Origin: Spirochaetia bacterium
Lineage (GTDB): Bacteria; Spirochaetota; Spirochaetia; CADAEX01
DNA length: 64,000 bases
Direction of reading: 5' to 3'
NCBI GenBank assembly: GCA_963662795.1
Contig: OY759746.1
Coordinates: 2,112,001-2,176,000 of the forward strand
Both the position numbers and the translations under genes were made by a program. Shown here piece by piece: positions 21,685-31,498 of the stretch; the first letter of the stretch is position 1; every line of letters begins with the position of its first letter. A model generated the notes under the pieces. That model did no database searches. It saw only the letters and a program-made list of their open reading frames with translations, and was not told the DNA's origin.

Positions 21685-22736
21685 TTCCGATGGATATGCG
21701 GCAGGAAGCAGTTAAATTGATAAAAGAAGCATCTGCTGCAGGAGCCCGAATTCATAAAGCTTGTGAAGCTCTTGAAATTTCAACCAGCACTTTTGAAAGA
21801 TGGCGACGTGGTAATCTTTCTGATAATCGCAAGGACTGTTCAAAAGTAGTGGCCAGAAAATTATCAAAAGAAGAAGAGGCCAAAATTATCGAAATTAGTT
21901 GCAGCATTGAATATAAGGATGATAATCCATACAAAATTCATGCATCTCTTCTTAGTAAAGGCATTTATATTGCCAGTGTTAGCTCCTTTTATAGAGTATT
22001 AAAGAAAAACAGACTTATTCATCATCGAGGAAACACGAGGCCTGGGACAAGTCATAATAAGCCACCAGAAAGAGTCGCAGCTGGACCTAATCAGGTTTGG
22101 TGCTGGGATATAACCTGGTTGCCAACAAATGTCAGAGGCCTCTTCTACTACGCATATGTCATCATTGATATCTGGGATAGAAGCATCGTCAAATGGGCTA
22201 TTCATGATAGAGAGGATGATTCTCTATCAGAAGAACTTTTTGATGCCGCCCTGAAGGAAAACAACTATGCTGATGTCTTTGTTCATTCTGATAATGGAAA
22301 TCCCATGAAAGGTATCTCATTACTGGCTCTATTCTATGATCTTGGTATTTGTAATAGTTATTCCAGGCCAAGAGTCAGTGATGACAATCCATTCATTGAA
22401 TCATGGTTTAAAACCTTAAAATATCATGTTTCGTATCCTGGCAAGTTCAAAATACTTTCAGAGGCAAGAACATGGTTTTCGACATTTGTTGATTTCTATA
22501 ATACCAGTCATAGTCACTCAGGAATAAACTTTATTACACCCATACAGATGAGAAATGGCGAATACAAAGAGATCGCGACAAAACGAAATAAAACTATGAT
22601 GAAGGCATACAAAAAGAATCCTTTGAGATGGAGTAAACATGTTAAAATGCTGCCCAAAGAGCATGTTGTATACTTGAATCCATCTGCTGATACTATGATT
22701 AAGAGTAAGTCTCAAAAAGGGGCTACCGCCGCTTAA
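21660..22736 (+). CDS. IS3 OrfB DDE transposase (-1 frameshift fusion)
   Basis: PNQVWCWDITW, HSDNGNPM, SRPRVSDDNPFIESWFKTLK. Confidence 0.92.
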   Translation: MGGRRGRLIPMDMRQEAVKLIKEASAAGARIHKACEALEISTSTFERWRRGNLSDNRKDCSKVVARKLSKEEEAKIIEISCSIEYKDDNPYKIHASLLSKGIYIASVSSFYRVLKKNRLIHHRGNTRPGTSHNKPPERVAAGPNQVWCWDITWLPTNVRGLFYYAYVIIDIWDRSIVKWAIHDREDDSLSEELFDAALKENNYADVFVHSDNGNPMKGISLLALFYDLGICNSYSRPRVSDDNPFIESWFKTLKYHVSYPGKFKILSEARTWFSTFVDFYNTSHSHSGINFITPIQMRNGEYKEIATKRNKTMMKAYKKNPLRWSKHVKMLPKEHVVYLNPSADTMIKSKSQKGATAA

Positions 22737-22910
22737 TTATTTCAAAGATCATTCTTCATCTATGTTGACATATTCCGGACGACGGGCGAAGATATGAAGT
22801 CTAATAATATATGTTATGTATAATTAGATAATGAAATGATATTATGAAAATTCTTTCATTTATTAAAAAATTATGAGAGAATGACTAAAATCAGTTAAGG
22901 AAATAATGTA

Positions 22911-23579
22911 ATGGATATAATAAGGTTTATTATTGATGGTTTTATCTCGATTTTAATATCAATTTTATTACTTATTATTGGTTTGATATTTGTCCCAAAT
23001 AATATTTCAATTAGAGTTTTAAAATTTTTAAAACCAAGTATAATTGAAAAAATAAATGAGTCATATAAAAAATTTATCAGCGTATTGACTAATCTATATA
23101 TAAATAAAGAATTAATTGTATTGGATGGTGAATTAGATGACTTTAATAAAGATACAAAGTTTTTTCTAATACAAAATGAAAAAATAGAAAAAAATATTTA
23201 TGTTATTGATTTGTGTAAAGATATGCTTGCTATGCTGGGTTATGTTGTTCCTAGAACAATAGGTGGAAATGGATATGATGTTTATGAACAATCACTAGAG
23301 TATCTATATTATTATTCAAATATAATAGAACCGATAGTACAGGATAGAAATTTTGAACATAATTTCCAAGATAAGATAATGGAATTGAGAAATTATTATG
23401 AAGAAATAATATCCCAAAACGATGTTAAAATAAGACAAACAACAATAGACATGAGAGATTATTTTATTAAACCAATTTTGAAATATTTGGACAATGAAAA
23501 AGAAAAAATGCAAAATATATATAGTGATAATAAAGAAAAATTAGTTGACCTAGTGAAAGATAAATATGAAAAACTCTAA
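22911..23579 (+). CDS. Hypothetical protein with N-terminal TM helix
   Basis: ORF with RBS; overlaps downstream MNT gene. Confidence 0.6.
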   Translation: MDIIRFIIDGFISILISILLLIIGLIFVPNNISIRVLKFLKPSIIEKINESYKKFISVLTNLYINKELIVLDGELDDFNKDTKFFLIQNEKIEKNIYVIDLCKDMLAMLGYVVPRTIGGNGYDVYEQSLEYLYYYSNIIEPIVQDRNFEHNFQDKIMELRNYYEEIISQNDVKIRQTTIDMRDYFIKPILKYLDNEKEKMQNIYSDNKEKLVDLVKDKYEKL

Positions 23580-23910
23580 AGAAGTTATTAGTAATATAAT
23601 TCAAAGAATAAAGAAGGAAATATCTGATATAGAATCTGTTTATGAAATACGGCTTTTTGGAAGTCAGGTTAATGAATACACAACTTTTTCAGATATAGAT
23701 ATATATATTTTATGTGAGAATAATAATTATTATGAAGAAATATTAGAAAAAATATCAAAAATAATTAATGAAGAAAAAATATTAATACACCCCATAATAA
23801 AAGATATCAATGATAAAATTATAGATGAAAATAGATATTTTAAAAAAAATATAATAGAAAAATCTATCTTGATATATAGGAAAAAATGTACAGGTGAAGC
23901 AATTACCTGA
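23566..23910 (+). CDS. Minimal nucleotidyltransferase (MNT) domain protein
   Basis: IRLFGSQ...SDIDIYI. Confidence 0.75.
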   Translation: MKNSKEVISNIIQRIKKEISDIESVYEIRLFGSQVNEYTTFSDIDIYILCENNNYYEEILEKISKIINEEKILIHPIIKDINDKIIDENRYFKKNIIEKSILIYRKKCTGEAIT

Positions 23911-23971
23911 CAAAAGAAAAAGTCCAGCCTTGGCTCCGCCGTACGGCTTGGACAAGAAGCGGGAACACTGC

Positions 23972-24163
23972 TTATAACAGCGATTATTTCGCTGCGCTCC
24001 CGATGGTCGCTTGGGCTCCTGCCAGTTCAACTGGCAGATCGCCATATTTTGTTTTCATAAAACTGGAACAACATGTATTTTATGCTTTTCGAGTTTTAAA
24101 AAACTAAATAAAAGTATTTTAGAGTTTAGCCACAAAACATCGAATAATCGCGAGACGTTATAC
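23972..24163 (+). repeat. Long attC, family B
   Basis: TAAC 23975 ... GTT 24157. Confidence 0.8.
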
Positions 24164-24441
24164 GAAAAACCGCTTTGCAGTTATTTTTATTTGTTATAAA
24201 ATAAAAAATGAAACAATTCTTTATTAATTACGCCCCCTCCCCCCAGGAACCAAGAAAGCCCGGCGTCCTGCCGGTCTTAAGCTATAATTAGATTTTATTG
24301 AAAATAAAGTGTTAAATTGTTAAATAAATATAAAAGATGTTTTGGTGTTAAAATAATAAAAGAATTAAAAATAAATAATGAATTGAATAATATTGTAAAG
24401 GAATTAGAAAATTAAGCATTAAAAAAATAAGGATAGGTTAG

Positions 24442-24915
24442 ATGAGTATTGAAAGTGTAAAAGAATATTTCAGACAATTGAATATTGAGAATAGAGTTCT
24501 TGAATTTGAAGTATCAAGTGCAACAGTAGAACTTGCTGCACAAGCCTTGAAATGTGAACCAAAAAGAATAGCTAAGACATTATCTTTTAAAGTAGATGAA
24601 AAATGCATTTTAATAGTTACAGCAGGCGATGCAAAAATAGATAATTCCAAATACAAAATGATGTTTAAAAAAAAAGCTAAAATGTTAACCTCCGAAGAAG
24701 TTGAAACATTTACAGGTCATCCAGTAGGAGGTGTTTGTCCGTTTGCAGTAAAAGATGAAGTAATAATTTATCTTGATGAATCTTTAAAAAGATTTAAAAC
24801 TGTTTTTCCAGCCTGCGGAAGCAGTAATAGTGCAATAGAGCTTACATTAAATGAACTTGAAAAATACTCAAATGCAGATTCGTGGATAGATGTATGTAAA
24901 GATTGGAATATGTAA
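24442..24915 (+). CDS. YbaK/EbsC family aminoacyl-tRNA deacylase
   Basis: SSATVELAA, IAKTL, TGHPVGGVCPF, FPACGS. Confidence 0.9.
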   Translation: MSIESVKEYFRQLNIENRVLEFEVSSATVELAAQALKCEPKRIAKTLSFKVDEKCILIVTAGDAKIDNSKYKMMFKKKAKMLTSEEVETFTGHPVGGVCPFAVKDEVIIYLDESLKRFKTVFPACGSSNSAIELTLNELEKYSNADSWIDVCKDWNM

Positions 24916-25027
24916 TAAAAGGAATGAAAGCAGAAGAGGAGATTTCGCCTTCGCACGTCCTGTGCTATGGCGAGGATGGGGGGAGCGTAATTAGGATCGA
25001 ACTGATTAGTGTAAAGCGCGGTTCATC

Positions 25028-25181
25028 GTATAACAGCGAATGGCCGGTTGAGGCTGTTTCTGAAAAACCAGCCTCAACCCAAATTGCCGGAATAAATAGT
25101 GGTACAGATTGTTGAATACAAAATAAGCTTGAAAGGTAACAAATGACAGCGGCAACTTCGGTCATTCGCGGGACGTTATAC
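25028..25181 (+). repeat. Long attC, family C
   Basis: TAAC 25031 ... GTT 25175. Confidence 0.8.
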
Positions 25182-25372
25182 GTAATGGCCAGGCAAGAGA
25201 AAATCGCCCGGACCTCCGGCCGACGGGCGAGGATATGCAATATTGTAATATTTGCTATGTGTTATTATGAAGAAAAATAGTTTCAAAACGTACCTTATTG
25301 GTTCATAAAATAGAAAATGAACTATAAAAGTACAATTGACAAAAATAGAACCGATAAGGTACAATATAGATC

Positions 25373-26008
25373 ATGAATGTAATAGCAGTAATTGCGGATA
25401 TAGTAGATTCAAAACATATTATTGATAGGAGGAGTTTTCAGCTCGATTTGGAAAAGAAATTAAACATAATTAATAAAAAATCGGCTAAAAGTATATTATC
25501 TCCTTATACAATTACAATAGGTGATGAATTTCAAGTTCTATATAATTCAACAGAAACTCTTTTCGATGATATATGGGATATTATTGAAAGTATCTTTCCA
25601 TATAAATTGAGGGTTTCTATAGGATATGATAAAATATTAACCCGAACTAATAAGGAACGAGCAATAGGTATGGACGGACCAGCTTTTCATTACGCTCGAG
25701 ATGGATTAGAACGGCTAAAGAAACAAAAAAGAACAGTGATTCAAGTATTTAGTGCTGAGATACCTTCAATCGAATTAATAAATACAAGTTTGTTATTAGT
25801 CTTTGATCAGGTGGAAAAGTGGAAAGAAAATACACTAAAAATATTTGTAAACATGTTGAGAAAAGAAGATATGCAAACTATTGCAAAAAATATTGCTATT
25901 TCAGAGAGAGCCGTATATAAGAGCATAAAAGCAAATAATTTAAAAACAATAAAAGATCTAATTGAAGTGATCAAGAACCATATTAAAATAGGGATAGAAA
26001 TGTTATGA
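25373..26008 (+). CDS. SatD family protein
   Basis: ADIVDS, TIGDEFQ, GMDGPAF, C-terminal HTH. Confidence 0.85.
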   Translation: MNVIAVIADIVDSKHIIDRRSFQLDLEKKLNIINKKSAKSILSPYTITIGDEFQVLYNSTETLFDDIWDIIESIFPYKLRVSIGYDKILTRTNKERAIGMDGPAFHYARDGLERLKKQKRTVIQVFSAEIPSIELINTSLLLVFDQVEKWKENTLKIFVNMLRKEDMQTIAKNIAISERAVYKSIKANNLKTIKDLIEVIKNHIKIGIEML

Positions 26009-26775
26009 ACAGTGTATATTTTTATACATTAATAATTATCATGTCAGCAAGATGTATATTCCAAAATATTGAAAAACCAGTGTCTTTTAAAAAAAGCATA
26101 TTTATACTTTTCGTAGAAGTAATTTTGGTAGTCCCATTATGGTCTTCAAGAATTATATTTTTACTTCTATTTTTGGTCGCTCTAAATGGAGTTATACTCT
26201 GGTTAGAAAATACAAAGCTTAATATTCATTTATCGCGGTTTTTAAGTTTTACTATTTTCACTGTTTTTTTGGCATCAATAACTGGTAATAATTTGATTAT
26301 TCACAATTTTAGCCCGATTGCTATAAAATTATTTCAAAAGCTTAGTGAAAATAATCTAATACTAAATTTTGTTAATAATTTTGGATCTGAAAAAATATTT
26401 ATTTATTTATCAGGGCTGTTAATTATTACAAATGAAGTAAATAATTTTGTACGCTATATTCTATACTTATTGAGAGTCGAGCCAAATGGAAGTGGGGATT
26501 CTAGTCAGCAAAATGAATATGTTAAGCAAGAAAAAAATGAAGAGCTGAAACGTGGAAAAATTATAGGTATTATAGAACGAATATTAATATTTGTTTTTAC
26601 TCTATCAAACAACTTTGCTGCAATTGGATTTATTCTTGCAGCAAAAGGTTTTACGCGATTCAAAGAATTGGATAATCGTAATTTCGCAGAATATGTATTA
26701 ATAGGTACTCTTTTATCTACTTCAATTTCAATTTTAACAGGACTATTATTTAGTAGATTATTATTGCACATATAA
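26005..26775 (+). CDS. DUF3307-like membrane protein
   Basis: GKIIGIIER...AAKGFTRF...AEYVLIGTLLS. Confidence 0.75.
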   Translation: MNSVYFYTLIIIMSARCIFQNIEKPVSFKKSIFILFVEVILVVPLWSSRIIFLLLFLVALNGVILWLENTKLNIHLSRFLSFTIFTVFLASITGNNLIIHNFSPIAIKLFQKLSENNLILNFVNNFGSEKIFIYLSGLLIITNEVNNFVRYILYLLRVEPNGSGDSSQQNEYVKQEKNEELKRGKIIGIIERILIFVFTLSNNFAAIGFILAAKGFTRFKELDNRNFAEYVLIGTLLSTSISILTGLLFSRLLLHI

Positions 26776-26877
26776 ACATTTTATAAATAGTGACAATTGG
26801 GGCAATTATCTAACATTCGACATTTTAGTCCAGCCTTGGCTCCGCCGTGCGGCCTGGACAAGAAGCCTGGCCACTAC

Positions 26878-27069
26878 GTATAACAGCGATTATTTCGCTG
26901 CGCTCCCTGTGGTCGCTTGGGCTCCTGCCAGTTGAGCTGGCAGATCGCCATATTTTGTTTTCATAAAACCGGAACAACATGTGTTTTATGCTCTTCAAGT
27001 TTGTAAAAACCAAATAAAAGTATTTTAGAGTTTAGTCACAAAACATCGAATAATCGCGAGACGTTATCC
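26878..27069 (+). repeat. Long attC, family B
   Basis: TAAC 26881 ... GTT 27063. Confidence 0.8.
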
Positions 27070-27286
27070 ACAATGCCCCCACAAGAGAAACCGCCCGGAC
27101 CTCCGGCCGACGGGCGAAGAAAAAAAGTACAATGTAAAAAAGTTCTGTATTAACCAGCCTGCTACCAAATTATATATTCTAAAATATTTTTCCATAAAAA
27201 ATCTTGATTAGCAATATAAAATAAGACTCCAGCATTGATATAATAAATGTATTGACAAAAGGCACACTATAAAGTATATTCATTTT

Positions 27287-27574
27287 ATGACCTTTAATTG
27301 GAATGAAGAGAAAAATTTATTATTAAAACAAACTAGAGATATTTCCTTTGAAGAAATAGTTTTATGTATATCTGAAGGAAAAGTTGTTACTGTATTAGAA
27401 AATACAAAAAAGGAAAAATATTCAAATCAAAAGTTGTATCTTATATCATACAAGAATTATATTTATGTGGTTCCATTTGTAGTAAATGAAAAAGAAAATG
27501 AAATATTTTTAAAAACTATATATCCGAGCAGGGAATATACAAAGAAATATCATCCTGATGGAGGAAGAAAATGA
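27287..27574 (+). CDS. BrnT-like toxin
   Basis: FNWNEEKN.LLK..RDISFEE...FLKTIYPSR; TTGACA promoter. Confidence 0.8.
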   Translation: MTFNWNEEKNLLLKQTRDISFEEIVLCISEGKVVTVLENTKKEKYSNQKLYLISYKNYIYVVPFVVNEKENEIFLKTIYPSREYTKKYHPDGGRK

Positions 27575-27867
27575 AAGAAAGCAATATGTTTAAACCAATA
27601 GATGAAGAAGAGAAAGATCTAATAGAATCAATTGAGAAAGGTGAATGGAAAACAGCAAAAGACGCAGAAAAATATAAAAAACAAGCGGTTGAATATGCAG
27701 AATCGACCCTGAAGAAAGATAAAAGAATGAATATTCGGATATCTGAGAGAGATTTAAAAAACTTAAAAGTAAAGGCACTAGAAGAAGGGTTGCCATATCA
27801 GACTTTAGTATCAATGGTTTTACACAAATATGTATCAGGGAAATATGAGGAAAAATTAGCAACTTGA
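27571..27867 (+). CDS. CopG/BrnA-like antitoxin
   Basis: KDKRMNIRISERDL...EEGLPYQTL. Confidence 0.82.
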   Translation: MKESNMFKPIDEEEKDLIESIEKGEWKTAKDAEKYKKQAVEYAESTLKKDKRMNIRISERDLKNLKVKALEEGLPYQTLVSMVLHKYVSGKYEEKLAT

Positions 27868-27956
27868 TATAATATGCAAGTAAAATATTAATCAGGTAAA
27901 GAAGTCCGGCCTTGGCTTCCAGCCGTGCGGCCTGGACAAGAAGTGGGGGCACTGGT

Positions 27957-28126
27957 GGATAACAGCGGGTAAGAAGCTACGCTCCCTTCGGTCGCTTGGG
28001 CTTCGCCATATTTTGCTTTCAAACAACAAGATGAATTATTGTTATGTCTTTTCAATCTAATTAATTTAGACAAATAAGTAATATAGTTTTAGCCGCAAAA
28101 CATCTTTTACCCGCTGGACGTTATAT
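27957..28126 (+). repeat. Long attC, family E (gcgggta/tacccgc)
   Basis: TAAC 27960 ... GTT 28120. Confidence 0.8.
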
Positions 28127-28894
28127 GCAATACCGCTTAACTGTTTATGGATTGAGATGAATAGTTTTCAATTGTGCAAACATTCCCATGCCCAAGAAAA
28201 GCCCGGCGTCCTGCCGGGCTTAAGAAAAAAGGACGGTTTAAAAAATAGATTATACTATTTTAATAAAATACTATTTAAAAATAGATAATAGAAATAAAAA
28301 CGCAAAAAAAGTAAACCTGAAAAACCTTTTAAAAAAGGTTGTAGCTGAATAAAAAGATCAAATATTTTAAAGCAAATATACTTTTACAAATATAACCAAT
28401 AAATTGTATTTGACAAAAATTGAAATTAATTAAGAACGGGCAAAAAAGACTGATTTTTAAGTTTAAATTTGTAAATATTGTAACTTATTATGGATTGATT
28501 TCAAAAAGGAAAAAATACTCTTAGATATTTATTATTTTAGTTTTGATACTTAATCTTAAAAGAAAAAAGAAGAATTACAGGCCAACAATTAAGAATTGTT
28601 TTGTAGTTAAAGTGCTAGCAGCTTTAGACTGAAGGAAAAAATATGCAAAATCGTGATCGTAAAATGCAAGCAAAGCAATAGATTTTCAGAGAAAAATAGA
28701 TATGAAGAAATGACAATATTTTTAAAATACAATTAAAAAATATTACTATATCCAGAGTACTGTAAATAAAAACTATAAAGAAAACGTCCGAATAGGGGAA
28801 TTCACCCCGTTTACGCCGTCCTGGCTTCAACGGGAAGAGGGCATGGGAAAAAAAGGCAAAAAGACTGTAAAAGAATTGCGGTACTGCACATAAC
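28120..28894 (+). other. ORF-less cassette, copy 1
   Basis: AT-rich, no credible + strand ORF; essentially identical to 50573..51347. Confidence 0.75.
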
Positions 28895-29059
28895 AGCGGT
28901 TCAAGCGTTTCGCTCGGAGTACCTCGCTTGGCCTACGGCAAACATCGTAGGGTATTTACTACTCCTGTTGGGAACAACACTGTTCAAGAGAGAGAAAGTT
29001 TATCTTAATGTTAAATAATCTTTATCTACGATGCTTCGCTTAACCGCGGGACGTTATAT
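28888..29059 (+). repeat. Long attC, family D
   Basis: TAAC 28891 ... GTT 29053. Confidence 0.8.
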
Positions 29060-29109
29060 GCAATACGACCCCAAGAGAAATCGCCCGGACCTCCGGCCCA
29101 CGGGCGAAG

Positions 29110-29181
29110 AAAAGATGATTTACTGTATAATACACTCTATATATAAAATATATAGTTTTCTAGTTATTTAATATGTTATCT
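29110..29181 (+). other. Putative internal attI-like docking site
   Basis: ctgTATAAT...atatatagttttctagttatttaatatGTT (29175). Confidence 0.65.
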
Positions 29182-29263
29182 TCACAACATCATATGCAAG
29201 CCTTGTACATGAGAGCTTTATAGTGTACAATATATGTGCAAATATGTACATGACGGTGGTGAA

Positions 29264-30370
29264 ATGAATAATAAACCCAATAATGGATTACCTTTACTCC
29301 CTCCAAAAGAAAAATTAGAAAATATTACAGTGTTACGAAAAGCAATAAAAGCTAATACAGAATTGGCAAAACTGAATGGGTATTGCTCTACAATCCCCAA
29401 TGAAAACATTTTGTTGAATGCAATAATACTAAATGAAGCAAAAACCAGCTCAGAAATAGAGAATATAATCACTACTCATGATGAAATTTACAAAGCATTA
29501 CTAAAAAAAGACGGAAAATATGATCCTGAAACGAAAGAAGTATTAAATTATAGAGAAGCAATATGGCAGGGTTATAATTTAATAACAGAGACTAATATTC
29601 TAACTACAAATACAATTGTTAGAATTCAAGAAACGCTGGAAAAAAATAAGGCTGGAATAAGAAAATTACCTGGAACGAAATTAATGAATGATCAAACCGG
29701 TGAAGTAATATATACACCTCCAGATGATGAGAAAATTATAAGAGATTTATTAAGAAATCTTGAAGAATACATCAATATTGATGATGAGATAGATCCGCTA
29801 ATAAAACTTGCAATAATTCATTATCAGTTTGAATCTATACATCCTTTTTATGATGGAAACGGCAGAACTGGAAGAATTATTAATGTTTTATACCTTGTAT
29901 TAAAGGGATTGTTGAAATCTCCAATACTTTATTTGAGTAGTTATATAATAAAAAACAAAGGAAATTATTATAATTATCTGCAGAAAGTAAGAAATGAAAA
30001 TGACTGGGAAAGCTGGGTAATGTTTATGTTGGAGGCTGTAGAAAAAACTTCATTAGAAACATTAAGTACTGTAAAAGCAATTAGAGATTTGATGGAAGAA
30101 ACAATTGAATATTGCAGAGAAAAAATGTCAAAATCAAGTTATTCAAAAGAATTAATTGAATTGCTTTTTGTTCAACCTTATACAAAAATTGATTTTCTGG
30201 TGAATAACAATATTGCTGAAAGAAGAACTGCAAGTAAATATTTATCGCAGCTGGAAGAACTTGGAGTGTTAGAATCATTTAAATCCTGGAAAGAAAAAAT
30301 ATATATAAATAAAAAATTATATAAACTATTAAGAGGATCAGAAGATAACAAAAAATTGGAGCAGATTTGA
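29264..30370 (+). CDS. Fic family protein (DUF4172 + Fic + wHTH)
   Basis: HPFYDGNGRTGR. Confidence 0.92.
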   Translation: MNNKPNNGLPLLPPKEKLENITVLRKAIKANTELAKLNGYCSTIPNENILLNAIILNEAKTSSEIENIITTHDEIYKALLKKDGKYDPETKEVLNYREAIWQGYNLITETNILTTNTIVRIQETLEKNKAGIRKLPGTKLMNDQTGEVIYTPPDDEKIIRDLLRNLEEYINIDDEIDPLIKLAIIHYQFESIHPFYDGNGRTGRIINVLYLVLKGLLKSPILYLSSYIIKNKGNYYNYLQKVRNENDWESWVMFMLEAVEKTSLETLSTVKAIRDLMEETIEYCREKMSKSSYSKELIELLFVQPYTKIDFLVNNNIAERRTASKYLSQLEELGVLESFKSWKEKIYINKKLYKLLRGSEDNKKLEQI

Positions 30371-30448
30371 TTTTTGTCATGTAAATTGCGAAAGCAATTT
30401 ACATGACAACCCTGCGGGACAATCGAGCAGCTCAATTTGGCGTTAGCT
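30343..30448 (+). repeat. Short classical attC of inner Fic cassette
   Basis: GAAGATAAC complements cassette start GTTATCTTC; aaattggagc/gctcaattt arms; GTT 30442. Confidence 0.8.
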
Positions 30449-30526
30449 ATACTGGAATATTTAGAAAAGAGGAAAAGTCCGGCCTTGGCGGTGCCGTGCG
30501 GCCTGGACAAGAAGGGGTCGTACTGT

Positions 30527-30698
30527 ATATAACAGAGGATAATTCGCTACGCTCGGAGTACCTCGCTTGGGCTTCGCCATATTTTGCTTTCAAACAAACA
30601 GAAGAATATTATTTTTATTCTTTTCAAGTTTTAAAAAAAAGACAAATGAGAATTATAGTTTTAGATGCAAAACATCTTTTACCCGCGGAACGTTCTCC
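30527..30698 (+). repeat. Long attC, chimeric A/E
   Basis: Left arm gaggataa, right arm ttacccgc (do not pair). Confidence 0.7.
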
Positions 30699-30860
30699 GA
30701 AATACCGCCCTAAGAGAACATCGCCCGGACCTTCGGCCGACGGGCGAGAGAATTGTATAAAAAAATATACACATAAAATATTAGTTTTTAAAAAGATCAA
30801 ACATGACTTGTTAAACAAATAATGTTATAATTTAAGTACTTTATAGCCAAGAAGGTATTT

Positions 30861-31496
30861 ATGGAAGTCGATCCTTTGAGCTGGAAAAAATACATTCCCG
30901 AAGATGTTTCTGAAAAATATGAAATACATGATTATAAACATGCAGCAGCTATACTCTTTAATGAATTTAAACAGCAGTTTGATGAAATAATACACGTTCT
31001 GAGACAATTTTATTTAACAAGGGAAGATATAACAGCACGTGGAGGAAATGAAAGCACTATTCCTAAAAAATTTTCTGAGATATTAAGACCTATGGGTTGG
31101 GAGGAAAAACAGCTTCATGCAAAGCTTATTGTTGATGAGCGGGAAATAAGCCATGATACTCATTGGGTAGATTACATAAAAGGGAGAATAGCCTTTGATC
31201 TTGAATGGAATTCGAAGGATCAAACCTATGATAGAGATTTATACGCATTTAAATCTTTTTTTGATTATGATAAAATTAGTTTAGCAATATTAGTGACAAG
31301 AAGTACGGATTTGAATCCATATTTTGAAGGATTAGGTACTTATATTGATGAAAATGGCAAATCAAGAAAATATAAGGACAAATATGGGGCAAGTACAACA
31401 CAAATGGGAAAATTAATACCGAGGATTGAATCAGGTAGAAATGGTGGTTGTCCTATTCTTGTATTTGGTATAACCAGAAAAGTAATAAAGGATTAA
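30861..31496 (+). CDS. BglII/BstYI family type II restriction endonuclease
   Basis: THWVDYIK..IAFDLEWNSKD..YDRDL, YGASTT, GGCPIL. Confidence 0.8.
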   Translation: MEVDPLSWKKYIPEDVSEKYEIHDYKHAAAILFNEFKQQFDEIIHVLRQFYLTREDITARGGNESTIPKKFSEILRPMGWEEKQLHAKLIVDEREISHDTHWVDYIKGRIAFDLEWNSKDQTYDRDLYAFKSFFDYDKISLAILVTRSTDLNPYFEGLGTYIDENGKSRKYKDKYGASTTQMGKLIPRIESGRNGGCPILVFGITRKVIKD

Positions 31497-31498
31497 TC

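Larger units (their letters stand above)
21156..22773 (+). mobile_element. IS3 family IS inserted in the cassette 5' hairpin
   Basis: IR tgtcaacatagttgaag / cttcatctatgttgaca; tccggacg on both flanks; orfA/orfB with A9G slippery site at about 21640. Confidence 0.85.
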
